The notes: generated from the letters alone by a model not told the origin. A stretch of DNA of 63,349 nucleotides, filler included, from Octopus bimaculoides (GCF_001194135.2; 4 parts of 4 records of this genome joined end to end with filler, not necessarily neighbours in it), one strand, 5' to 3'. Positions 13,552 through 26,075 are shown, counted from the first letter of the whole stretch. Program-made: numbers and translations.

Positions 13552-13827
13552 NNNNNNNNNNNNNNNNNNNNNNNNNNNNNNNNNNNNNNNNNNNNNNNNN
13601 NNNNNNNNNNNNNNNNNNNNNNNNNNNNNNNNNNNNNNNNNNNNNNNNNNNNNNNNNNNNNNNNNNNNNNNNNNNNNNNNNNNNNNNNNNNNNNNNNNNN
13701 NNNNNNNNNNNNNNNNNNNNNNNNNNNNNNNNNNNNNNNNNNNNNNNNNNNNNNNNNNNNNNNNNNNNNNNNNNNNNNNNNNNNNNNNNNNNNNNNNNNN
13801 NNNNNNNNNNNGTATATATATATGTAA

Positions 13828-13913
<86 letters not shown>

Positions 13914-14318
13914 CCATGTATATATATATATATATTATATGCATGTACATGTACATTAGTATGTATGTATATATTTATGTATGTATGTATGTATGTATGT
14001 ATATAAAATTTTGAAATATCAACGAAAAGTCACAAAATTGCGCAAAAAGTAACAAAGAGAAGAGAATACATTATTCCCGTTATGGTGTAGTTAACCAAAT
14101 TATTCCGAATGGTTTTAAAATCGCTTTGTTTCAAGATACATGATTCTATATTCCAAAGTACGTCATTGCATACAGGTTTCACTTCTCATGAGTGGTATTC
14201 ATCATAGTCTAACTGTGTAATTCCTGGCTGTTAGCCGTAAGGTATAATATTATATAGTGTATCGAGCAGAAGTAGCCTCGTTATAGACGCACGTGGTAAC
14301 AAGTCGAACAAATGAACT

Positions 14319-14440
14319 TATTCTTTGTAAGCCTAGTACTTATTCTATCGATCCATTTGCCCGAACTGCTTGGTTATGGTGACGCAGACACACCCACATC
14401 GGTTGTAAAGCGACGGCGGAGGAAGCCAAACACAGACAGA
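14319..14440 (-). mobile_element. SINE family A 3' fragment
   Basis: ttattctttgtaagcctagtacttattctatcg is the reverse-complemented family A body. Confidence 0.8.
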
Positions 14441-14944
14441 CGCATAAATGTATACACACACACACACACACACACACACAGATAGATATATGTATGTATG
14501 TATGTATGTATGTGTGTATGTATGTATGTATGTATGTATGTATGTATGTATGAATATATGCATGTGTATNNNNNNNNNNNNNNNNNNNNNNNNNNNNNNN
14601 NNNNNNNNNNNNNNNNNNNNNNNNNNNNNNNNNNNNNNNNNNNNNNNNNNNNNNNNNNNNNNNNNNNNNNNNNNNNNNNNNNNNNNNNNNNNNNNNNNNN
14701 NNNNNNNNNNNNNNNNNNNNNNNNNNNNNNNNNNNNNNNNNNNNNNNNNNNNNNNNNNNNNNNNNNNNNNNNNNNNNNNNNNNNNNNNNNNNNNNNNNNN
14801 NNNNNNNNNNNNNNNNNNNNNNNNNNNNNNNNNNNNNNNNNNNNNNNNNNNNNNNNNNNNNNNNNNNNNNNNNNNNNNNNNNNNNNNNNNNNNNNNNNNN
14901 NNNNNNNNNNNNNNNNNNNNNNNNNNNNNNNNNNNNNNNNNNNN

Positions 14945-15045
14945 CGAAGACAGGTGCATGAACAAGGAGGAGTATTAGTTTGACGCTCAGGAAGGTGATA
15001 AAGTCTTTTACGTTTCGAGTCTACACTCTTCAACACAAAGGAATA
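14945..15045 (-). mobile_element. Penelope-like terminal-repeat fragment with degenerate minimal hammerhead motif
   Basis: Minus strand reads CTTTGTG-TTGAAGA-GTGTAGACTC-GAAAC-GTA-AAAG. Confidence 0.4.
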
Positions 15046-15701
15046 AGAGGAAATAAACAAATAGAGAATGAAAAAACTTGTGGATTTAACGATCAAGCAT
15101 GGCGACTGTTTGGGGGGAAAAAGTTTGACAAGAGAGGTAGAAAGAAAGAGAGATAATAAAGTATTGATGATCCTAAAACGAAGGTGCGCGTGCGTGTGTG
15201 TATGTGAGAATGTGTAAGTGTGTGTGTGAATAGGGGCTAGTGACTTTGACGTGTGCATGTGTGTGTAGATGGATGCCTGTGAGGATGGTGGTGTTGGAGA
15301 GGTAGGGGCAAGTGCGGCAGTATGGGAGGGAGTAAGGGAAAGAGCCAGGTTGAGAGGTGGTGTTATGGAAGAAACTCTAGACCAGGAGGTCACGCAGGTT
15401 GTGGGCTCGTTTGAAGGAGTGAAGGGGTGGGTTGGGGAAGTTGTGCTAGGTGGAGCAAGAGAGAGAGAATGTGTGAGAGAGAGATAGAATGTGTGTGAGA
15501 GAGAGAGCGAGAGAGAGAGAGCGAGAGAGAGAGATAGAGAGGGGGAGAGAGAGAGAGAAAGAGGGAGAGATAGAGTTTCATGTTTTAGGTTCTCTCTGAC
15601 AAGTCAGGGCTGGAATGGAACGGTCTTAGGGAGCAGGTACTAGCTCACCGCCAGTGCCAGAAGACATAATAGGTGATACATCTATAAGCGAAAAGAGCCA
15701 T

Positions 15702-15908
15702 GCTGGCAGAATCGATAGCACGCCAGACAAAATATTTAACGGTATTTCGCCCGTCTTTAAGCTTGGTGTTCAAATTCCGCCGACGTCGACTTTGCCTTTC
15801 ATCCTTTCGGGGTTGGTAAAATAAGTACCAGTTAAGTACTGGAGTCGATGTAATCGACTTACCCCATACCCCAAGGTGCCAGCTTTGTACCTTTGGTAGA
15901 AGACGATA
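15702..15908 (+). mobile_element. SINE family B
   Basis: Family B head and body. Confidence 0.85.
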
Positions 15909-16021
15909 AACCCATATAAGTTAAGTTGAAAGAAAATGTGAGAACAAATCGTGGAGTGTTACTTGATTCAAACGAAATTAAGGTTCTTCTCCCAACTTAA
16001 TTATGCACAATAAGGTTAGTG

Positions 16022-16073
<52 letters not shown>

Positions 16074-16173
16074 NNNNNNNNNNNNNNNNNNNNNNNNNNN
16101 NNNNNNNNNNNNNNNNNTTAATTAATTAANNNNNNNNNNNNNNNNNNNNNNNNNNNNNNNNNNNNNNNNNNNN
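16074..16173. other. Artificial scaffold linker (44 N + TTAATTAATTAA + 44 N)
   Basis: Identical 100-bp construct at three places; the 12-mer encodes stops in all six frames. Confidence 0.95.
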
Positions 16174-16707
16174 GCACACACATGTTTATATATATATACA
16201 CATATGTGTGTGTATATATAGATATGTATGTGTATGTGTATGCATGTATGCATAAAAGGAACATGTAAATGGCTTGATGAAAGTTCAGGCTTGCTATACT
16301 ATTTTTTTTCACACGAATGATGTCACTCAGAACACATACTTGCGCGCACACAGACGCATGTCTTTTGCTTAATATAAATATAATAAATAGCGCAAAAATA
16401 TCTATAGACATACTGTCAAGCATACCATCACACATACACACATCTTCTTCCACCTCTGTTGACCTGCAAGAAATAGAAGTCAAATTCTCTTGAAATTAAG
16501 CTCTTCTGTCTTTAAGTAACGTAGTAGGGGCAAATGAATAATGTTATCTCGAATGAACTGTGTCTGAAGGCAAAAAAAATAATAATTAAAAAATGTTGAT
16601 AGTCACTGCAAGAACGTTCTGGATCATCATAGATCGGTACGATTAGCGCTGAACTGGGGTTAATGAATAACTACAATAACCAGACATTAAGACACAGACA
16701 CACGTAC

Positions 16708-16761
<54 letters not shown>

Positions 16762-16954
16762 TGTCTTTTATCTATTAAGGCCTCGTTAAGCTTCAACAAG
16801 TGTACAACGACAACAGCAGCAGCAACAGCAGCAACAGCAGCAGTAGTAAAAGCAAAGAGCTCCACAATTTGACCATCACCCCATTCTGTGGAACTGGAGG
16901 CTGATAGCAAGCGTATAAAGAGGACCAATCGTATTACATAAGTATGTATGTATG

Positions 16955-16988
<34 letters not shown>

Positions 16989-17182
16989 TGTCATTATTCA
17001 GTGTTCAGTGTTATTATGTATCTTATAGATATAGATGTATGTATATATGCATCTTCACATTCATAGTTCAGTTAAAACAGGTTACCCTGAAGGGATACAG
17101 TTCAACTTTGACCGGCTGGAGTGACACACCACAAAAGTACTTGCGATAACAACCCTGCCTTCACTTCTTATAGTTATAACAG

Positions 17183-17570
17183 GTACCGTATTGAGGTGCA
17201 GTTGACATCATACAGGGTACCATAGGTACAGTGTTGAGGTACGGTCGACGTTCTACTGGTTACAATTGGTATTGTGTTGAAGTGCAGTCGATATTCTGGA
17301 GGTAACAAATTGTACCGTATCGTGATGCAGCCGATATTTCGGAACTTACAATAAGTACCGTATCGGGGTGCAGCCGATATTTCGGAACTCACAATAGGTA
17401 CCGTATCGGGGAGCAGCCGATATTTTTGATGCTACAGTTCATATTGTATTGAGGTTCTGTCAATATTTTGGATGTTATTACAATTATTACTGAGTTGAGG
17501 CGTAACCGACATTCTACAGATAATTTGGATCTGTTATTGAGCTGCATTCGATATTCTTGGGACGACGTCG
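17183..17570. repeat. 43-bp minisatellite, about 9 units (GTACCGTATCGGGGTGCAGCCGATATTTCGGAACTTACAATAA)
   Basis: Unit starts at 17183, 17226, 17269, 17312, 17355, 17398 and 17441, an exact 43-bp register. Confidence 0.9.
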
Positions 17571-17758
17571 ACGTAGATGCTGTATAACCTGACGAGAGCT
17601 TTCGTTGCACCGAACGGTGTATAGGGTTCCAAGTTCGAATCCACCGATGTGCAGAGAAGCTGAAGCTGCTCAGTAATAGAGCGGGGTGGGGTTAAGGGCT
17701 AGCAGCAGCAACCACAGCAGCTGCTGCTGCAACAACAACAACAACAACGACGACGACG

Positions 17759-17794
<36 letters not shown>

Positions 17795-18230
17795 GTAAGC
17801 ATGACTGAATGACAGCAACAAAGATGATCGCTCAAGCTGCTAGAAAAAGAAGCTACATATCTCGCCAACCACACGTTCGCTATTTTCTTATTAAAGGCCA
17901 GATCACGTTAGTTAATGTAAACACATCACATGCCTGCCCCGAAAGAGAAAGCGGTATGCTCATTTGCTGTGATGCCTGTTATCATAGGCCTGTTAGATCA
18001 GAGTTGACTTGGGGTTAAATAACTAATAGTGACNNNNNNNNNNNNNNNNNNNNNNNNNNNNNNNNNNNNNNNNNNNNNNNNNNNNNNNNNNNNNNNNNNN
18101 NNNNNCAACAACAACAACAGTTACACCATCAACAACAACCACAGCGACCACCACCACCACCACAACAACAGCAGCACTAAAATCGAATGATCTATCAGAA
18201 ATAATGGTTTCGAATCGATCGATCTATCAG

Positions 18231-18872
18231 AAATAATGGTTTCAAATTTGGGCACAAGGACAGCAAATTAAATAAGGAGGGGCTTAAATCGATTACATCG
18301 AACCCAGTGCTTAACTGATACTTTATTTTCTCGGCCCCCAGGGAAAGGGGTGAATGATAAAATCGACCTCGGTGTAAATTGAACTCAGAAACGTAAAGAG
18401 TTAGAATGAAATGCTCCTATGCATTTTGTCCGACGCACTTACGATTCTGTCAGCTTGCCACCTTAACCTGTTACAAATAATCGTTTCTATTATAGGCACA
18501 AGACCGGAAATTTGGGAGAGGGGGATAGTCGATTACAACGACCTCAGTACTCAACAGGTACTTAATCTAGCGACCCCGAAAGGATGAAAGGCAAAATCGA
18601 CCTCGGCGGAATTCGAACTCAGAACGTTGCGGCAAACGAAATACCGCTAAGCATTTCGCCCGGCGTGCTAACGATTCTGCTAGTTCACCACCATGACCTG
18701 TTACAAATAATAACCAAATCTCCCTCGAATCACACCTGCCGTTTTCAAGAAATGAAGGTAGCAATGAATAACAATAATATGTTCTTTTCTACTCTAGGCA
18801 CAAGGCCCGAAATTTTTGGGGAGGGGACCAGTCGATTAGAACGACCCCAGTACACAACTGGTACTTAATTTA
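18231..18872 (-). mobile_element. Tandem cluster of three SINE B copies (middle copy has a 16-bp TSD)
   Basis: ACCTGTTACAAATAAT at 18466-18481 and 18696-18711. The third copy is partial. Confidence 0.88.
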
Positions 18873-18873
18873 T

Positions 18874-18969
18874 ACAAAGAATAAGTCCTGGGGTCGATTT
18901 GATCGACTAAAGGCAGTGTTCCAGCATGGCCGCAGTCAAATGACTGAAACAAATAAAAGAGTAAAAGAA
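18874..18969 (+). mobile_element. SINE family A 3' tail
   Basis: acaaagaataagtcctggggtcgatttg...gactgaaacaaataaaag. Confidence 0.85.
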
Positions 18970-20080
18970 TCAGACTATCTCCTACGGTTCTACCAATCCA
19001 CTCTGCTAATCCACTCTGCTAATCCACTCTCTTGCTATGCAACAACGGTAACAACAGACAACGAGGATGTTCCTACCCAGTCGCTCCTTTCAGCGAGAAA
19101 TAGCAGCCATATTTCCTTCAAATAAATTGCATTTTACTAACCTAGAGAGAACGCATTAGATATTCTTGTTCAAAATTCAAAACAAACCGAAAAAAACCCC
19201 CAAACAAACACAAAAACACTCCCTCTCCAAAACCTCTACTAAACTTGAAATAAAGCCGACAGTACCTTTGAAGGCCAACTTGGTCAGAACAGAGCTGTGT
19301 CTAAACAACACTACCCACCACCACCACTACAACAACAACAATAACAACAACACAACAGCAACAACAACCAACCCTAATGGCAAATAAAAGTCGTATCAAT
19401 ACCAATTGCAAAATCTCGTGTCTATACGATAACGAGAAGGGCCTTAACTGGTCACTCAATGTCCTAGAAATAACAGTGAAATCTCCTTGAAATTATTCCC
19501 TACTGGTTAAAACAAAATCACATACACTATACGTTAAGAAATGGTTTGGTCATAGCTTTGGCATGGTCATGGCTGGAATGGTTTTGATGGTGGGCCCACT
19601 CAGGGCAGATTTGGGGCTAAAGAACACCAACAATCACAACAAATATATAAAACAACATCAACAACAACGGCAGAAACAGCAGCAGCAGCAACAGCAACAA
19701 TAATAACGTCGACAGTGGATGACTTCTGGGATGGGCCGAGCAGCGATTTCGGATTCCGATTTTCCCTGGTTTTTTGTTGTTTTTCTTTGGTGGTTCAACA
19801 GTTANNNNNNNNNNNNNNNNNNNNNNNNNNNNNNNNNNNNNNNNNNNNNNNNNNNNNNNNNNNNNNNNNNNNNNNNNNNNNNNNNNNNNNNNNNNNNNNN
19901 NNNNNNNNNNNNNNNNNNNNNNNNNNNNNNNNNNNNNNNNNNNNNNNNNNNNNNNNNNNNNNNNNNNNNNNNNNNNNNNNNNNNNNNNNNNNNNNNNNNN
20001 NNNNNNNNNNNNNNNNNNNNNNNNNNNNNNNNNNNNNNNNNNNNNNNNNNNNNNNNNNNNNNNNNNNNNNNNNNNNNNNN

Positions 20081-20138
<58 letters not shown>

Positions 20139-20355
20139 GAAGAAGAAGAAGAAGAAGAAGAACAACAACAACAACAACAACAACAACAATAACAACAAGT
20201 AAAGAAAAATAGGAAGAAGAAAAGGAAGAAGAATAAGAAGAATAGGAAGAAGAAAAGGAAGAATAAGAAAAATAGGAAGAGGAAGAAGAAGAAGAAGAAG
20301 AAGAAGAAGAAGAAGAAGAAGAAGAAGAAAAAGAAGATGATGATGATGATGATGG
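20081..20355. repeat. Compound trinucleotide repeat (ATA)n, (AGA)n, (ACA)n, (GAA)n, (GAT)n
   Basis: Direct reading. Confidence 0.95.
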
Positions 20356-21091
20356 TGGTCGTAAAAGAATGGTTGAATTATAAACGAATAACAGAATAAT
20401 CAAGGTGTTTTCACACTTTAACAATAGACACATTCGACTTAATAGATTAGGCTGGAGGGATGTTTGTTAGATTTGAGGAAAGTATGGATTAGTTACTTTA
20501 TTCTGCCCAACCCCACCACACCACACTTAATAAGAAAAGATGTAGCATTTGATTCGGTTCAGAGATGGTTAGAATTAGAGGGTTTGGTGGTTCGTGGTTT
20601 AGCTTTCGGTTATTGTTCTGTTAGATTTAAGGAGTCTGTTAGAATTAAGGATTAACCGCTTTTTTTTTTTAATTTCCGAACGAGGAGATTGGGCATAGCT
20701 GTTTGGACGCTGGTAATATTTAAATTAATTGTTTCGAGTATAAAATAGGTTATTTAATTTTATTGATTGGTTGGAAATAGTTATAATATTTCTTTTTGTA
20801 TATTATTATTATAATTAATTAAATTGTTATAAGTATGTATTTCTTTAGAATATTAGGTAATAAAATTTGAATATTACCAAATTGGACATCGTGTTTGTTT
20901 TGGTGACAGCACTTTTTCGCACCAGAGGCAAACACACACACTTACACACACACACACACACACGCGCGCGCGCACTCACACACACACACACACATTTCAG
21001 GTTGATCTCAATGTAAAATGAAATACATAATCTCAAAACATGTACGCATGCATGCATGCGCGCACAGTAATATACATATAGGGCAGGAAGT

Positions 21092-21149
<58 letters not shown>

Positions 21150-21536
21150 AGGCAGAGAACGCAAGAAGCTTTCAAATGTCTCATGTCAAACAAGTCAGCG
21201 TCGAATCAGTGATACCAAATAGGCGGGGTCAAAACAGCTCCCTTCTCGTTTAAAATGTAGAAAGCAGATAAGGGTTTGGTTAGATTCAGTTTAGGAATTG
21301 TTAGGATTCGATAATCTGGTGGTTTTTGGGTTAGTTTTAGGTCGTTCTTGAATTTTTATTGTTAGGGAATGTTTATTAGCGATTAGAAGAGAAGTGAGGT
21401 AGTTGGTTGTTGTGAAGAGACAGGATATATATTGTCAATTTACTGAAATAGCATTGCTTCTATGACCTCTCTACTCGTAATTGCCAGGAACACGACGTAC
21501 AAACTGTGGCATCCCTTTTTCTATAATCCACTATTC

Positions 21537-21707
21537 TTTTATTCTTTTATTTATTTCAGTGATCTGACTGCGGCCATGGTGGAGCACCGCCTTTAGTGTC
21601 AAAGAAATCGACCACAGGACTTATTCTTTGTAAGCCTAATACTTATTCTATCAGTCTCTTTTGCCGAACCGCTAGATTCCGGGGATGTAAACATACCAAC
21701 TTCGGTT
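21537..21707 (-). mobile_element. SINE family A 3' half
   Basis: Reverse-complemented family A tail. Confidence 0.85.
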
Positions 21708-21709
21708 GT

Positions 21710-22230
21710 GGAGAGAAGACTTAGCAAAGTTGCAGCTGTCTTCTAGCGCCCGAAGCCTTTACAGTCTTAGCACTTCATTAAACAAGGCACCAACCCTCAG
21801 CCTGTATACATCCATTGTAATGTTGACAATACTTGTGAGACATGGAAAAAGGCCAGCAGAATCTTTAGAACTAACAGATGTCCTCTACAGACGTTGCTGT
21901 AGGACCATACAAAGAATTTCTTAGCGCAGCTACGTCACGAATGAAGAAGTCATGGAAAAGGCAGACTGTGCAACTTACGGCTTACCACCAGCGTAAGACG
22001 AGCGAAGATGCCGGACCATGTGTTACGCATATTCACGAAGAGATGAATGATAACCTCTCTAGTGTGGAAGTTAAAGAATACGTGTGGGAGGCAAAACGAA
22101 CCTGCGAAGATCTGGTGGAGAACGTTAGAGGACGACCTGGCAAATACAACCATGGTCTCGGAGCAAGCTCATGACAGGTCTTGCAACTGTGCTGTAGGGA
22201 TATCTCTCGTCTTCCGATGCTCCTTATGAA
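21710..22230 (+). mobile_element. RTE-clade LINE, decayed 3' ORF fragment
   Basis: Frameshifted LSLYTSIVMLTIL, LTDVLYRRCCRTI and PAKIWWRTLEDDL resemble the post-RT region of RTE elements. Confidence 0.65.
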
Positions 22231-22334
22231 GCATCGGGAATAACTCAGATTATGATATATGGTAGAGTCATTAAACTTATTTACTTAAGCCCTTCAATCT
22301 CTATGGAGCGTAGGCCATCGACGACTTTTCTACT

Positions 22335-22425
22335 CTGGGCTCTGGGCTCTGGGCTCTGGGCTCTGGGCTCTGAGCTGAGCTCTGGGCTCTGAGATGAGCT
22401 CTGAGCTCTGTTCTCGACTCTGGGC
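22335..22425. repeat. (CTCTGGG)n 7-mer tandem repeat, degenerating rightwards
   Basis: Direct reading. Confidence 0.85.
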
Positions 22426-23197
22426 TGTCTTTTTCTCTCCCAGATCTTGCTCGCTTTGAATTGTCATTGATATTTCTGGAACTTTCTTTTATGCTTGGTA
22501 GAGGCATTAACCCCACAAAAACTCAATTTTATTCCCGTCCAGTATGAAAAGATATGTCTTGCGCTTCACTGACACAACTCTGAGGGTCATCGAAACACTC
22601 ANNNNNNNNNNNNNNNNNNNNNNNNNNNNNNNNNNNNNNNNNNNNNNNNNNNNNNNNNNNNNNNNNNNNNNNNNNNNNNNNNNNNNNNNNNNNNNNNNNN
22701 NNNNNNNNNNNNNNNNNNNNNNNNNNNNNNNNNNNNNNNNNNNNNNNNNNNNNNNNNNNNNNNNNNNNNNNNNNNNNNNNNNNNNNNNNNNNNNNNNNNN
22801 NNNNNNNNNNNNNNNNNNNNNNNNNNNNNNNNNNNNNNNNNNNNNNNNNNNNNNNNNNNNNNNNNNNNNNNNNNNNNNNNNNNNNNNNNNNNNNNNNNNN
22901 NNNNNNNNNNNNNNNNNNNNNNNNNNNNNNNNNNNNNNNNNNNNNNNNNNNNNNNNNNNNNNNNNNNNNNNNNNNNNNNNNNNNNNNNNNNNNNNNNNNN
23001 NNNNNNNNNNNNNNNNNNNNNNNNNNNNNNNNNNNNNNNNNNNNNNNNNNNNNNNNNNNNNNNNNNNNNNNNNNNNNNNNNNNNNNNNNNNNNNNNNNNN
23101 NNNNNNNNNNNNNNNNNNNNNNNNNNGAGACTCCGGAGAAGACTAAGCCTTAAAAAATGACTAAGATTATAATTTAGATAAAAAGCTGATTCTATGA

Positions 23198-23203
23198 TTT
23201 ATT
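23198..23203 (-). promoter_or_regulatory. Candidate polyadenylation signal AATAAA for the Rab gene
   Basis: AATAAA on the minus strand about 425 nt downstream of the stop. The hexamer is common in AT-rich DNA. Confidence 0.25.
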
Positions 23204-23350
23204 TTATGGGCTGTAGGGACGTATACTCGTAAAGGGCTAAAATCTGGTTCAGAAATATCCGCATGGAGAGAAAGCTAGTCCCTATTGATATTAACTTCTC
23301 CGGATTTTCTTTTTTTAAAAGACAAAGTCAACAATTAACAAAATTAAAAT

Positions 23351-23388
<38 letters not shown>

Positions 23389-23448
23389 GTTGTAGTAGCA
23401 TTACAGCCACAGCAAACATATCAATAACAAGGACGACGACAACAACAG

Positions 23449-23494
<46 letters not shown>

Positions 23495-23628
23495 CTGAGT
23501 GACAACAATGACAACAACAACAACTAAAGATACCCAAACCTCACATTGTTAATCAGAGCAATGGCGGCGCGATGGTGATAGTTAAGGGGGTGGTGGTAAT
23601 GGCGGTGGTGGTGGTGGTGGTCGAACGT

Positions 23629-23742
23629 TCAACATGCACATTTACGTATTTTGTCGTCTTTTACTTTGAATGGAGGTGAGTCGTTCAATTCTGCTTTGGT
23701 TATCTCTTCTGGAATGGTTAAGTTCGGGTAATATTGCGACAT
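23629..23742 (-). CDS. Rab GTPase terminal coding exon 7 (MSQYYPNLTIPEEITKAELNDSPPFKVKDDKIRKCAC*)
   Basis: Acceptor ccttctctatttacag| after a 100-nt intron. Frame is open and ends TGT GCA TGT TGA, a CxC Rab geranylgeranylation motif followed by stop. Confidence 0.92.
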   Translation of the reverse strand: MSQYYPNLTIPEEITKAELNDSPPFKVKDDKIRKCAC

Positions 23743-23842
23743 CTGTAAATAGAGAAGGTAATCGTAATTAGAAAGCCGTGACAACCACCACTAACAACAG
23801 CAGCAACAACAACAACATCAACCAGAAATGAGTATTACATAC

Positions 23843-23962
23843 CAACTGGGGATTGCAAATATCTGTGATGTGGTATGCCAACCGTTCAAAGACTAGCTGT
23901 ACGTTTTCACCGGTTTTGGCACTTGTTTCAAAGAACTCAAACGCCATTTCTCTCGAGGCTAA
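23843..23962 (-). CDS. Rab GTPase coding exon 6, 120 nt (LASREMAFEFFETSAKTGENVQLVFERLAYHITDICNPQL)
   Basis: Acceptor attattatttcag|, donor TTG|GTATGT. G5 motif ETSAK. Confidence 0.95.
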
Positions 23963-23984
23963 CTGAAATAATAATAATAATAAT

Positions 23985-24928
<944 letters not shown>

Positions 24929-24995
24929 AGAAGAAGAAGAAGAAGAAGAAGAAGAAGAAGAAGAAGAAGAAGAAGAAGAAGAAGAAGAAGAAAAA

Positions 24996-25264
24996 CGGTC
25001 CCCTTTGGTCATGACTGACCACGGGATTGCACCTAGAAAGTACCCCTCCTAGGCACAAGTCCGGGCAAGGTTGTTTATGGAAGACCAACAGTAGCCCATG
25101 TATACCAGTCTCTCCTCTCCACGCCACCAATGTTAGCCAACGAAAAGGCAAAGACCGATACAGCTTGGCACCAGTGACGTCGCAACTTGAGTGAACTGGA
25201 GCCACGTAAAATAAAGCGTCTTGTTCAAGAACACAACATACGGTCTAGTCCGAGATTCGAACTC
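24996..25264 (-). mobile_element. SINE family D (working label), LINE-like 3' end and (TTC)n tail
   Basis: Conserved-core-like block gagtgaactggagc...gtcttgttcaagaacacaac and a B-box remnant; ends at a (GAA)n run. Confidence 0.7.
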
Positions 25265-25389
25265 TCTCTCTCTCTATATATATATGCGTGTGAAGGCGCA
25301 TGGCTCAATGGTTAGAGCATCAGGCTCACCTGTTGTAAATTTCTCCAGTTATTATGTCATTCAGTTTGTTTCTTTCATCAGATACATAC

Positions 25390-25497
25390 CTTTTTGCCTT
25401 TGCTGGTAGAAACTTTAATTCGGTCTTTCAGATCGATTTTATTGCCAATCAGTACAATGGGTACTGGTTCCAAATGATTATGACTGTGTGATATTTC
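25390..25497 (-). CDS. Rab GTPase coding exon 5, 108 nt (EISHSHNHLEPVPIVLIGNKIDLKDRIKVSTSKGKK)
   Basis: Acceptor ttttctttttctctctgtag|, donor AAG|GTATGT. G4 motif NKID. Phase 0/0. Confidence 0.95.
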
Positions 25498-25938
25498 CTA
25501 CAGAGAGAAAAAGAAAATCGAAATAACAGATTAGATCGATTATTGACTTTTAAAATTGATAGAAGAGTACAGTCTCAATCAAGCCCACTTCTTGGAAAAG
25601 AAAAGGAGAGAAAAATACAGGTGATAATCATATGTTCATGCTAACCTGTAGACAGACGATAGAATGGAACCTGACTAATGACAGCCGATGTCGGGAACTC
25701 ACCCTCAAACGGTATTTCAACAACAGACCTATGTATCTGTAAATTCAACAAGAAAGAAAAAGAAAAAAAAAACTCTCCCTAGGCTTCTAAAAACTTGGCC
25801 ATTAACACACTTTCAAACAGTTGCAGTAAAACTATGTCAGCAACCAGATTGTGGTGGTGCAAAGGAAATTATGACACCTCAAAGTATAAATGAAAAGAAT
25901 TCCTCTTTTATTACGTACAAAATTACAGGGTTATATAT

Positions 25939-25990
<52 letters not shown>

Positions 25991-25994
25991 TCTT

Positions 25995-26075
25995 TATTTT
26001 TTTACTTGTTTCAGTCATTTGACTGCGGCCATGCTGGAGGACCGCCTTTAGTCAAACAAACCGACCCCAGAACTC
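25995..26075 (-). mobile_element. SINE family A tail
   Basis: ttacttgtttcagtcatttgactgcggccatgctggag. Confidence 0.85.

Noticed and set aside
17183-17570. Hairpin-containing regular repeat as a CRISPR array
   Set aside because: Units are contiguous with no unique spacers, there are no cas genes, and the context is eukaryotic.
19715-19803. CpG-rich 90-bp segment (MDDFWDGPSSDFGF) before a gap
   Set aside because: Too short, truncated by Ns, and no splice or homology evidence.
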